From: Octopus vulgaris
Lineage: Eukaryota
Assembly (NCBI GenBank): GCA_951406725.2
Contig: OX597842.1
Span: forward strand, 1,550,001-1,614,000
Length of the DNA: 64,000 bases
Direction of reading: 5' to 3'
Shown here: in pieces, positions 1 to 11,980 of the stretch
Position numbering within the stretch: position 1 is the first letter of the stretch
How the letters are laid out: each line of letters starts with the position of its first letter
Made by a program: the position numbers and the translations under genes
Notes under the pieces: model-generated
Database searches by the model: none
What the model was told of the DNA's origin: nothing
Seen by the model: only the letters and a program-made list of their open reading frames with translations

Positions 1-1075
1 TCATGATCATTGCTAAATAGCATCATTGCTGTCATCACCATCATCATCATTGTCATTGCTGTCATCATCATTACCAACATTTTCATTGTCATCATCATAC
101 TCATCTTCATTAGCCTCATCCTCATCATCATCATCATCACCAGCATTTTCATTGTCATCATCATCGTTGTCCTCATCACCAACATTTTCATCGTCATCAT
201 CATCATCACCATCATCTTCATTGTCATCATCATTATAATCATCATCATTCTCACTTTCATCATCATCTTCATTGTCATCATCATCATCATTCTCATTTTC
301 ATCATCTTTATTGTCATCATCATCATCATCACCAACATTTTTTTGTCATCATCATCATTTTCATTGTCGTCATCATCATCATCATCAACATTTTCATTGT
401 CATCATTCTCATCTTCATTAGACTCATCATCATCATCTTCATCATCATCATCATTTTCATTGTCATCATCTTCATTGTCATCATCATCATCATCGTCATC
501 AACATTTTCATTGTCATCATCATACTCATCTTCATTGTCATCATCATCATCATTCCCATCACCAACATTTTCATTGTCATCATCACTATCATCTTCATTA
601 TCCTCATTATGACAATCATTACCAAACTTTTTGTCATCATCATCATCACCATTGCTAATATCACCATCAACCTCATCACTATCATCATAATTGATGTCAT
701 CACCATCATCACTGTCATCATTGTCACCATCATCATCTTCATCATCACTATTGCTATCATCATTATTATCATTGCTAACATTGCCACAACTATATCTATC
801 ATTCCCACCAGCATCTTCACGATAACTGTCACCCCCATCATCATCTTAGTCATCATTACCATCATCATCAGCAATGTCGCTATTATGATCATCATCATCA
901 CTTCTAGTATCAACATCCTCATTACCATCTTCCATTTTGCTTTCATCATCATCTTTATCATCATCTCCGTTGTCATCACTAACATCACCATCATTATCAT
1001 TCTACCTGGTTTTTCATTAAAATTGTCACCTTAATCATCACCATCATCATAACTTCCATCAGTACCATCATCTTC
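1..1075. repeat. Degenerate (TCA/ATC)n trinucleotide microsatellite
   Basis: Continuous catcat/tcatca runs; explains the poly-I/S/M ORFs. Confidence 0.95.
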
Positions 1076-1119
1076 ATGGACATTCTAATAATTTTTACAT
1101 TCCCAGTTCCTTAATAATA

Positions 1120-1484
1120 ACAAGAGCACTCAGAGAGCCCAAATCTCCGCCAAGGCAACACCAACGTCCTCTCAACGATGAGCCAGAGATGGTTTTTAAA
1201 ATGAGAATATCTGAAATAAACTTGATTGCTCTCACAAACGAGGATACTACAAATGAACCTGATCGCTCTCAAAAATTAAATAAAAAAGAGAAAAAATAAT
1301 CTAGAATCCTTGTCCAATACCAGATCAATCCCAAAATCTAATCAGTCTGTGCCAGTAACAAGGCCAAACATCCCTGAAAATTTCATCTGAATCCATCCAA
1401 CGGTTCTTGAGATATCTTGTCCACAGACAAACAAACAAATGTAACTGAAAACAATACCTCTGCCTTCACTAAGGAAGAGGTAAT
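1120..1484 (+). mobile_element. Non-autonomous Helentron/DINE-like element (tentative)
   Basis: Ends in acagacaaacaaac...gaaaacaatacctctgcctt-cact-aaggaagaggtaat, a 3' stem-loop with one mismatch, in T/A-rich flanks. Confidence 0.4.
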
Positions 1485-1952
1485 TATAATAATAATAATA
1501 ATAATGGTTTCAAATTTTTCCATAAGGGCAGCCACTTTGGAGGAGGGAATGGGTCGATTGTATCCACCCCAGTGTTTCACTAGTACTTAATTTAAACAAT
1601 CCCCAAAAGGATGAAAGGCAAAGATGACTGGACAGCTTGACATGGAACTGGCCAGCCAGGGAGCTTCCCAGACTCTATTTAATTGAACAATGCAATCATT
1701 ACATCAATTTAAAAGCAGAGCAACCCTCAGCTGCATAAATACATAGGATTAAATTAAATTAAAACAGATGGACACATTAGTATAATTTTACCTAAAACCT
1801 CAAAGAAGGTAAGGAGATAGTCAAAGAACATGCTGTCTTCACTTCAGCTTAGAAGCTACAAAGGTATCAGGAAGAAAGACTTGTTACAGATTTGGCTTGC
1901 CTGTCCATTCATCCCCTATATAGCTCTCCATCCATCTATCTGTGCATCTACC

Positions 1953-1953
1953 A

Positions 1954-2007
<54 letters not shown>

Positions 2008-2135
2008 ATCTATCTATCTAGCCATCTATCTATATCAATCTATCTATCTACCCATCTATCTATCTATCTATCCTTCCATCCATCTATCCACTTGTCTGTC
2101 TACCTATAAACCAAACTGTCTATCTACTTATCTAT
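1953..2135. repeat. (TATC)n microsatellite
   Basis: Direct read. Confidence 0.95.
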
Positions 2136-3019
2136 CTCTCTCTTTTTTCTCTACAGCTTTTCATCCTCATTTAAGCATTTATTTATTTATTTAACCCCAG
2201 GTCTTCTCTCATACATTCTTCTTATAATAGTTATTATATTCCTCTTTGTATATCTATCTAACTATTTTTCTGTCTATCTGTCCGACCATCCATCTCTATC
2301 TATCTTTCTACCAAAAAACCTATCTCCCTCTCTCTATTTCTTCTTCTTTCTCTACAGGTTTTCCTCTTCATTTAAATATTTATTTATTTCTTTAACCTCG
2401 TGTCTTCTCTCGTACATTCTTCTTATAATAGTTATTATATTCCCACTTTTTCTCCATCCTCTCCATCATCAACCATCTTTATTTTTTTCCTTGTCTCTTA
2501 TTTACATTTCCACCTTTTTTTTCTTGCATCTGATGTCTTCTGCTTCCCCCACAAGATCCTCTCACTTCATCTCCTACACTTCCCTCAGACTCCAACCCTT
2601 TGCTCTCCCCCATCTCCTCTGCTGCACCTTCCCTCATTCCTCTCCTCTTCCTTCCCCTCCGTGCCCTGTCACGTCCCAAACCCCGCTTCCTTTCCGCGTC
2701 CCCCACTTGTTGTTCATGATATCTTTGCTTATGTAGTTATTTGTAAATATAAACTTTTACTGAGGACCTAAGGTGCCTCGGTGTGTAGTGTAACGCGCAC
2801 GCGTGTGTATGTGCGTACGCGTGTTCCTGCGTGCGAGTGGGTTCCTTTGCTGTTTTGTGATTTTGAGCATGCGTTTACGTGGGGAGGCACTACAAACGTA
2901 TGTATACAGTAGTGTGTTGGGGGGGAGTGTGTGGGTGTGCTGGAGGCTGAGAATGTATCTGTCTGCCATGATTGATGAGTTTTTGTACCACAGGAGGTTA
3001 ACATAACAGATAACTCGTG

Positions 3020-3082
3020 TTTACATACATACACGGATGTGTATGTGTGTGTGTATATACATACACACAAACACATGTATAT

Positions 3083-3113
<31 letters not shown>

Positions 3114-3248
3114 TACATACATACACATGTGTATATATACATATATACAGATACATATATATATACATACATACAGACACATATATATATGCATATACAT
3201 ACATACATACATGTGTACATATATATATATATATGCATACATGTACAA

Positions 3249-3299
<51 letters not shown>

Positions 3300-3419
3300 T
3301 ACATACATACATACATAAATACACATATATATACACATATACATGCACATATATAGACATACACACATACATTCACACACACAGGTATATATAAATGTGT
3401 GCGTATGGATGTATATATA

Positions 3420-3456
<37 letters not shown>

Positions 3457-3501
3457 ACATGCATGTGTTTGTGTAGAGATATATGCACAAGTGTATTTTC
3501 A

Positions 3502-3553
<52 letters not shown>

Positions 3554-3575
3554 CATGTTTGTGTATATGTGTGTG
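3020..3575. repeat. Compound (TA)n/(CA)n/(TG)n microsatellite
   Basis: Direct read. Confidence 0.95.
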
Positions 3576-3894
3576 CATTGATGTTTCATTGTTACTATCC
3601 TCCATAATGTTGTCGCTGCTGCTGTTACCATGGTGATTGTGGTGCTAGTGAACACATTATTGCTGTTTAACCCCAGGTATGACCTAGTACAACAGTACCT
3701 ATGATCAAAGTTGTCCCAAAAATGACCATCCTATGCCATCCCATCCAATCTCATTTTCCTTTTCAGGTAATGTATATCTCCATGTACAATATCCAGTGAG
3801 CTTACTTTAATTTACTAAGATTTGGCTGTTATTTCTAGCTGCTTTAAGGAACACACTGAATCTAGATGTCCTTATTTGGAGGAAATGTACATAT

Positions 3895-4075
3895 GTTGCA
3901 GGTGTGGCTGTATGGTAAGAAGCTTGCTTCCTGACCTCATGTTTCTGGGTTCAGTCCTACGACATGACACTTTGAGCAAGTGTTTTTTACTAGAGCTCCA
4001 AGCTGAACAAAGCCTTGTGAGTGGATTTGGTAGAAGGAAACTGAAAGAAGCCTGTTGTGTGCGTATGTGCATATA
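3895..4075 (+). mobile_element. SINE family A, 5' half (diverged)
   Basis: tRNA-like head gtggctgtatggtaagaagcttgc...gggttcagtcc, then gaaactgaaagaagcc. Confidence 0.8.
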
Positions 4076-4764
4076 TATAAAAACTTACTTGGAGGATAAG
4101 AAACGACGCGAGGCACTCAGTCATATAATAACAATTTAACAAATAAAACATATGCATACATACATACATATATGTACATATCTACATCTATATGTATATA
4201 TACATGCATATATATATATATATATATGAGTACAGGACACCACAAATAATCGTAGAACACAACGAGAAACGAAAACATAAAAACAAACTAGGAAACGGAC
4301 TTTTTTAACAACGAAAAAACAGAGTACAAGACAAACAATACAAGGAATATTCCCCTTCTTCATCTGCCCCTATTTCGATTCAATGCGTGTTTCGAAGGTA
4401 AGGGCAGAACACGATTATGCTGAAACAGTCCTTCCTGCAAAATGAATTAAATAAAATTCTTTTGCAGAGGGGTAAAAAAAAGGAAAGAAAAGTGAACAAG
4501 AACAAAATGTAAAACAAATACAAATAAAAATACAGTACAAATAAAGAATAAAAACAGGACAAGGAAACCAACAATAAGGGCTTTTTGTAAGCCTAGACAG
4601 TGGAAAAAAGTCTTGTTTTTAGCCCTGCTGTGTCTCTAGCAATCCTCCTCACCAGGCAAGCCTAGTTCAGGGTGCTGGCTTGGTCCCTAACAAGATGGTT
4701 ATTCAACAGGTCGTACTGGATTCCATGTTAATAGTAGCACTTATGATAAAAAAACGATAAACGT

Positions 4765-5312
4765 CACCCTTTTCAAGCCTAGCCAGGCTCGTGGGCCCGG
4801 TTTCCCGCATTTCTGTGGCATATGTGTTCCCCCTGGTTGGACAGGATGCCAGTCCATTGCAGTGTTACTCAAGAAACAGGAAGAGAGAGTGAGAAAAAGT
4901 TGGGGTGAAAGAGTACAACAGGGGTCACCACCACCCCCTACCGGAGCCTTGTGGAGCTTTTAGGAGTTTGCGCTCAATAAACACACACAACACCCGGTCT
5001 AGGAATCAAAACCAGGATCCTCCAACCGTGAGTCTGCTGCCCTAACCACTGAGCCATTGTGCCTCCACTGCACCCTTTTAAAGCCTAGCCAGGCTCACAG
5101 GCCCAGTTTCCCTGTTTCTATGGCATATTCCTCAGCTGGATGGGATGCCAGTCCATCACAGCGTTACTCATTTTTGCCAGCTGAGTGGACTGGAGCAACG
5201 TGAAATGAATTGTTTTGCTCAAGAACACAACGCGTCGCCCGGTCCAGGAATCGAAACCACAATCTTATGATCACAGTGCTGACACCCTAACCACTAAGCC
5301 ACGTGCCTCCAC
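4765..5312 (-). mobile_element. Two adjacent tRNA-derived SINE family C copies
   Basis: Reverse heads (ctaaccact...gtgcctccac) ending near 5068 and 5312; shared 3' end ccctttt(c/t)aagcctagccaggctc. Confidence 0.75.
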
Positions 5313-5439
5313 TTATGGGAGACCTTAAATGTGAACTGACATAAATATACACACACATACAGGAGACTGAGACTCCTGGTGGTTTGGTGTGCTTGAAAAG
5401 ACACGTTGCCCTTATATACAGGCTTGCTCCCTGCAACCC

Positions 5440-5990
5440 CCTCCAGCTGAGTATCCCTAATCTTGTGGGCTCATAGGTGCAGGTACGATGTAAAAAGCAC
5501 CCATACTGGTGGTTCATAAATGCACCCAACACACTCTGTGAAGTGGCTGGCGTTAGCGAGGGCATCCAGTTGTAGAAACCATGCCAAAGCAGACAGGGAA
5601 CCTGAACAGCCCTTCAGCTGCTCAGCTGTTCAACCTATGCCAACATGGAAAACGGATGTATAATGATGATGACATCATCATCATCATCATTTAGCGTCCG
5701 CTTTCCATGCTAACATGGGTTGGATGGTTCAACTGGGGCCTGGGAAACCAGGAGGCTACACCAGGCTCCAGTCTGATCTGGATGCCCTTCCTAACGCATA
5801 CCACTCCGTGAGTGTAGTGGGTGCATTTTACGTGCCACCAGCACAGGTGCCAGACGAGGCTGGCAAACGGCCACGATCAGATAGTGCTTTTTACATGCCA
5901 CCGGCATGGAGGCCCGTCGGGGTGGCGCTGGCAATGGCCACATTCGGATGGTTCGCTTACGTGCCACTGGCACTGGTATCACAGCTACAA
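5440..5990. mobile_element. Two tail-to-tail copies of repeat family D with (GAT)n tail (RTE-like 3' end)
   Basis: gggcatccagttgtagaaac...catggaaaacggatgtataatgatgatga is followed directly by its reverse complement catcatcat...ttagcgtccgctttccatgc. Confidence 0.65.
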
Positions 5991-6032
5991 TTCTCATTGA
6001 TGTTGATCGATTTCGAATATATATATATAAAA

Positions 6033-6407
6033 ACTGTACATTTAAACACATAAGAGGCATCAATCATAGGACTCCTTGCACGCTAGACAGAACAGTTAAA
6101 TTCCAAACCACTATTAGGGATAAAACTTCGCAGGGAATGAAAAATAAAAATGTTTATAAAATAAAATAAAAATCTTTACAAAATGTTTATAAAAAAAGTT
6201 TTTATTTTTCATTCCCTTGGAAGTTTTATCCCTAATAGTGCTTTGGAATTTAACTGTTCTGTCTAGCGTGCAAGAAGTCCTATGATAGATGCCTCTTATG
6301 TTTTTAAATGTACAGTATTTACATGAATAATAAATAATCTATTGACTAAATTTTTGCACGCTAGGCCACTGGTAATGGAAAGTTCTAATATTTCTGATTA
6401 CCCTCTG

Positions 6408-6412
<5 letters not shown>
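6033..6412 (+). mobile_element. Hairpin-plus-tail insert in (TA)n, PLE-like stub
   Basis: Inverted arms about 6033-6150 and 6198-6316, then a ~95 nt unique tail, TA runs on both sides; second, partly deleted copy at 52911-53200. Confidence 0.7.
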
Positions 6413-6455
<43 letters not shown>

Positions 6456-6460
6456 TGTAT

Positions 6461-6783
6461 ACTCTTTTACTTGTTTCAGTCATTTGACTGCGGCCATGCT
6501 GGAGCACCACCTTTAGTCGAGCAAATCGACCCCAGGACTTATTCTTTGTAAGCCCTGTACTTATTCTATCAGTCTCTTTTGCCGAACCGCTAAGTTACGG
6601 GAACATGAACACACCAGCATCGGTTGTCAAGCAATGTTGGGAGGCCAAACACACACACATATATATACATATATACGACAGGCTTCTTTCAGTTTCCGTC
6701 TACCAAATCCACTCACAAGGCATTGGTCGGCCTGGGGCTATAGCAGAAGACACTTGGCCAAGATGCCACACAGTGGGACTGAA
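6461..6783 (-). mobile_element. SINE family A (head truncated)
   Basis: actcttttacttgtttcagtcatttgactgcggccatgctggagcacc... consensus match. Confidence 0.9.
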
Positions 6784-6959
6784 ATTTATATATATATATA
6801 TAAATTAGAAAAAAACACCTTTTATCAATTCAATAATGAAAAATTAAATTACACCATCTAGAAAATTACATATTATAGAAAAATTAAATATAAGATAAAA
6901 AATATAACGATGATTAAGTAATGTGCAAAATGATAAATAAAACGTATAACATGATGGGA

Positions 6960-7335
6960 TTCAACATAGTTTCCATCTACCGAATCCACTCACAAGGCAT
7001 TGATCAGCCTTGGGATAGAGTAGAAGTGGTGATGGTAGTGATGGTGGGAGTTGTGTTGGGGATAGAGGTGGTGCTGATTGTGGTGATGCTGGTGGTTGTT
7101 TTAGGGTGGTGGTGGTGGTGGTGAAGATGGTATCAATGGTGGTTGTAGTAATGGTGGTGATGGTAGTGGTGGTGGTGATATGTTAGTGGTGGCAGTGGTG
7201 GTGCAACAAGTACTGATGATGGTGTATGTGGTAGCAGTGGTGTTCTTGAAGACCCTTGCCCAAGCTGCCATGCAGTGGGATTGAGCCTGGAACCCTGTGG
7301 TTGCAAAACAAGCTTCTACACCACACACCCAGGCC
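6960..7335 (-). mobile_element. SINE family A 5' half, interrupted by a GGT-rich insert at 7026-7248
   Basis: atccactcacaaggcattg...agtagaa | insert | gaagacccttgcccaag...ccacac. Confidence 0.75.
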
Positions 7336-7489
7336 TATATTTTCTGTTTGTTTTTGCTTATTACGACAAATCAATTTTAATGGATTAATCCAGCCATGAC
7401 TATCCTGTTTAGGAACGTGAGATTTTGGCTGGTATTTCAAGCTTGATTTTTGAATTGAGGGGGAGAGAGATACTGGGGTAAAAAGTTGG

Positions 7490-7828
7490 CTGTGGTGGTA
7501 GTGAGGTTGGTGATAGTGGTGGTGGTTGTGATGGTGGTGGTTGTGGTGGTGGTGGTTGTGGTGGTGGTGGTGGTTGTGATGGTGCTGGTTGTTGTGATGG
7601 TGCTGGTTGTTGTGATGGTGGTGGTTGTGTGATGGTGGTGGTTGTGATGGTGGTGGTTGTGGTGGTGGTGGTTGTGGTGTTGATGTTTATGGTGGTCGTG
7701 ATAGTGGTGATGTTCAGGGGTGGGGGAGGTGATGTTCGGGGTGGTTGTGATGGTGGTGATGGTAGTGATGGCAGTCATAATGGTAGTGGTGATAGTCATG
7801 GTGGAGGTGGCAATGACAGTAGCGGCAA

Positions 7829-7862
<34 letters not shown>

Positions 7863-8970
7863 GGTGGTTGTAAATGGTGGGAGGAGAGAAAAATATCAAC
7901 AACTACCACTATCGCCACTTCTACAACCATCACCTACACCCCCAATACAACCACCACTATTGCCAGCACCATCACAACCATCATCAACACCACTATAATC
8001 AGCAATACTAGAACCACCACCACCACCATCATCATCATCTACATCATCAAGAACACCAGTGCTACAACATACACCATCATCATCATCACTTGTTGCACCA
8101 CAACTGCCACCACTACCAAAATGTGTACCACCATCACCATGACCACTATCACCACCACTACCATCACCACCACTACCACCACCACCATTACTACCACCAC
8201 CATTGATACCACCATCACCACCACAATCTGCACCACCTCTACCCCAACACAACATCCACCATTACTACCACCAACCACCCAAAAACTACGACCACCACTC
8301 CCAACACCATTGCTACCACCAACCACTTGAACACTACGACCACCACCCCCAACACCATTACTACCACCATCATCACCCCCACTACTCCCACCATTGATAC
8401 CACCATCACCACCACTACCACAATCCGCACCACCTCTACCCCCAAAACAACCCCCACCATCACTACCACCAACCACCCGAAAACTACGACCACCACCCCC
8501 AACACCATTACTACCACCACCACCATCATCACCACCACCACTACCATCACCATTACTACCACCACCATTGATACCACCATCACCACCACCCCAACACAAC
8601 CAACACCATCACCACCACCACCACAATCTACACCACTCTACCCCCAACACAACCCCCACCATCACTACCACCAACCACTCGAAAACTACAATCACCACCC
8701 CCAACACAACCAACACCATCACTACCACCAACCACCCGAAAACTACTACCACGCCCCCCACCCCCAACACCATTACTACCACCACCACCACTACCACCAC
8801 CACCATCATCACCACCACTACTATCACTATTACTACCACCACCATTGATACCACCATCACCACCACTACCACGATCTGCACCACCTCTACCCCCAACACA
8901 ACCCCCACCATCACTACCACCAACCACCCGAAAACTACGACCACCACCACCACGACTACCACCACTCCAA
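7490..8970. repeat. (GGT)n then (ACC)n low-complexity tract with a higher-order unit
   Basis: Recurring ccattgataccaccatc...atctgcaccacctctacccc...aaccacccgaaaactacg. Confidence 0.9.
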
Positions 8971-9659
8971 TCCCCACCCTCCTCAGTAACCTGCCCTTAC
9001 CCACCCCAGATACTTATTAATTTGTATTTATAAAACAATCTCAGGGACAAGTTGGCAGGAGGCAGCACTGTGTTGGGGCGGTAGGGGGGCGACTGCACCC
9101 TTCTTTCTATTGCTGAACAATTTAGAAGGGAGCAGCATAAAGCAAGCCCTCAGCTCCCATTTCTCTTTTCTTTGCCTCCCATTGCAACTTCAACCCCGCT
9201 CCCACCACGCCCATCACACAAAGCCATCCCCCTTCTTAAATGATAGAGTAGATGTCAGAAGGGAGGTGGGGACACGCTTGTGCGTGTATGTGGGGTGTTA
9301 AGGGGTAGTTTCTTAAATGTCCATCCCCCTCCACCACTCTTCCCACCTGTCGCTATGTTGTCCCTTCCTCCCCCTACCCCCTCCCCGCGGGCAGACAGCG
9401 GTGGAGGGTGGCAGGGGTTGGAAAGTCAGAATGTGATTAAGATTTGAGTTTAAGGATCAGGGATCAGTCAGATTAAAGGGGTCAGTTTGGAAAGCAAAGA
9501 GAATGACTTTATAGGTATTTAGGGAGTGTATATGACTGTTTGAATGTGTGCATGTGATTTGTTTGTATGTATGTAGTTGCATATACTACCAGATATGTTT
9601 AAGATGTATGGATATTTGTATACAGTATTTGTTGGAATATTTGGCTGTATGTCAATACA

Positions 9660-9710
9660 GACAGACAAATAGATAGATAGAGAGATAGAGATAGATAGAC
9701 AGATAGATAG

Positions 9711-9741
<31 letters not shown>

Positions 9742-10136
9742 GATAGATAGACAGAGATAGGTAGATAGATAGATAGATAGATAGATAGAGATAGATAGAC
9801 AGAGATAGGTAGATAGATAGATAGAGAGATAGATAGATAGAGATAGATAGACAGATAGATATAGATAGATATAGATAGATAGATAGATAGATAGATAAAG
9901 AGATAGATAGACAGATAGATAGATAGATATAGATAGATAGATAGATAGATATAGATAGATAGATATACATAGATAGATAGATATAGATAGATAGAGAGAG
10001 AGATAGATAGATAGATAGATAGATAAAGAGATATAGATAGATAGATAGATATACATCGATAGATAGATAGATAGATAGATAGATATACATCGATAGATAG
10101 ATAGATAGATAGATAGATATACATCGATAGATAGAT

Positions 10137-10215
<79 letters not shown>

Positions 10216-10500
10216 CATAGATAGATATAGATAGATAGAGAGAGAGAGATAGATAGAGAGACAGAGAGATAGATAGATAGATAGATAGATAGAGATAGAT
10301 AAAGATAGATAGATAGATAGAGATAGATAGAGATAGATAGAGATAGACAGAGATAGATAGAGATAGATAGATAGATAGATAGTTAGGTAGGTAGCGATAG
10401 AGATGTAGAGATAGAGAGAGAGAGAGTGAGAGATGGATAGATAGATGGATACATAGATAGACAGACAGAGATTAATAGCTAGAAAGATGGAAGAATAGAT
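9660..10500. repeat. (GATA)n/(GA)n microsatellite
   Basis: Direct read. Confidence 0.95.
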
Positions 10501-10538
10501 AGATAAACAGACAGACCATTGAACAGAAAAACAAATAC

Positions 10539-10910
10539 TTTATTTACATTATTTACATATTGACAGAGTTTGTCCTCATTTTGTTTGTTGTTAACACGTT
10601 TCGGCTGATATACCTTCTACCCTTCATCAGATGTCTTGGGGAAATTTCAAACTTGGGTTCTCATTCCTAAGCTATTTTTCGATGTTGTTGTTATTATTAT
10701 TCTTCTTCTTATTATTATTATTATTATTCAGGTCACTGCCTGGAATCAAACTCGGAATCTTGGGGTTAGTAAGCCCACGCTCTTAACCACTACACCATAT
10801 GCCCATGGATGGTATATCAGCCGAAACGTTGTGTTAACAACAAACAAAAAGGACAAAATCTATCAAAATGTAAATAATGTAGATAATTCCTAATCTCTTA
10901 AATATAGAAC
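10539..10910 (-). mobile_element. SINE family E (tRNA head + (AAT)n + hammerhead-bearing tail), with an inverted tail fragment at 10811-10910
   Basis: Minus-strand head gggcatatggtgtagtggttaagagc...gagtttgattcc (A/B boxes); tail gacat-ctgatga...cagcc-gaaacgt; the same tail recurs on the plus strand. Confidence 0.8.
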
Positions 10911-11518
10911 AGAAAAAACAGACAGGTCTTGTGAATAAAACAGAATAACGAAGCACAATGCGTGGGAATACGTTGTCATTATTCATCACACCAAAGCCTG
11001 GAACTCTTGGTTTTTGGGTCACTATCTAACTTCTGCTGATTAATAAAGGTAAAAAAAAAAGACAGGTAGATAAGTAGATAAACATCTGCATTAAGGTTCA
11101 TTTTATGTTGTTAAGGTACATGGCTTGCAATCGTGTTACTCTCTTTTCTCTTTTACTCTTTTACTTGTTTCAGTCATTTGACTGTGGCCATGCTGGAGCA
11201 CTGCCTTTAGTCGAGCAAATCGACCCCAGGACTTATTCTTTGTAAGCCAAGTACTTATTCTATTCGTCTCTTTTCTCTTTTACTTGTTTCAGTCATTTGA
11301 CTGTGGCCATGCTGGAGCACTGCCTTTAGTCAATCAAATCGGCCCCAGGACTTATTCTTTGTAAGCCTAGTACTTATTTTATCGGTCTCTTTTTTGCCAA
11401 ACCGCTAAGTTACGGGGACGTAAACACACCAGCATCGGTTGTCAAGCAATGTTGGGGGGACAAACACAGACAAACACGCACACACATGCCTATCTATCTA
11501 TATATATATATATATATA

Positions 11519-11733
11519 CTTTATTTAAAGCAGCAGAAAATTCAACAAAATCTGTTACTCTGAGTTTCTCGTTGCCGTTCATCAGACAGTTTTGTCTGAT
11601 GAACGGCAACGAGAAACTCAGAGTAACAGATTTTGTTGAATTTTCTGCTGCTTTAAATAAAGCATATTACTCTACCACTGGTATTTGAGTACTCTTTTTT
11701 CCACCTTGTTTCACATTTATGTGTTTACTCCGG

Positions 11734-11735
<2 letters not shown>
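11519..11735 (+). mobile_element. PLE-like hairpin-plus-tail insert
   Basis: Perfect 70-bp inverted arms (11519-11588 / 11593-11662) plus a ~70 nt tail, inside the (TA)n of a SINE. Confidence 0.8.
11591..11630 (+). ncRNA. Minimal type-I hammerhead ribozyme motif
   Basis: tttgt-CTGATGA-a-cg(gcaa)cg-a-GAAA-ctcagag-TA-acaga: stem I pairs, stem III is near-palindromic, GUA site; stem II is very short. Confidence 0.6.
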
Positions 11736-11773
<38 letters not shown>

Positions 11774-11980
11774 CGACAGGCTTCTTTCAGTTTCCGTCTA
11801 CCAAATCCATTCACAAGGCTTTGGTCGGCCCGAGGCTATAGCAGAAGACATTTGTCCAAGGGGCCACGCAGTGGGACTGAACCCAGAACCATGTAGTTCG
11901 TAAACAAGCTACATACCACACAGCCACTCCTTCGCCTATTTCTTTTTCTTTTTGAATAATTAGGCCATTTTTTCTGGAAC

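Larger units (their letters stand above)
11148..11938 (-). mobile_element. SINE family A with duplicated 3' end and a nested hairpin insert
   Basis: 3' block repeated near 11150 and 11275; head ends ccacacagccactcc. Confidence 0.9.

Noticed and set aside
10-1034. Long ORFs of poly-I/S/M, and similar Y/I, H/T, C/V, N, L, G/P ORFs throughout
   Set aside because: Open frames are a by-product of microsatellites lacking stop codons
2151-2443. ~90-bp direct repeat pair as LTRs
   Set aside because: Simple local tandem duplication; no TG...CA ends, PBS or PPT
4228-4620. TA-flanked insert with tgaagaagggg and cgaaac on the minus strand
   Set aside because: Motif order and stems do not give a hammerhead; may be a PLE remnant but unsupported
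7896-9020. Thr-rich mucin-like repeat protein
   Set aside because: The Thr-rich phase shifts frame at least twice and no splice context is evident; better explained as an (ACC)n-derived minisatellite
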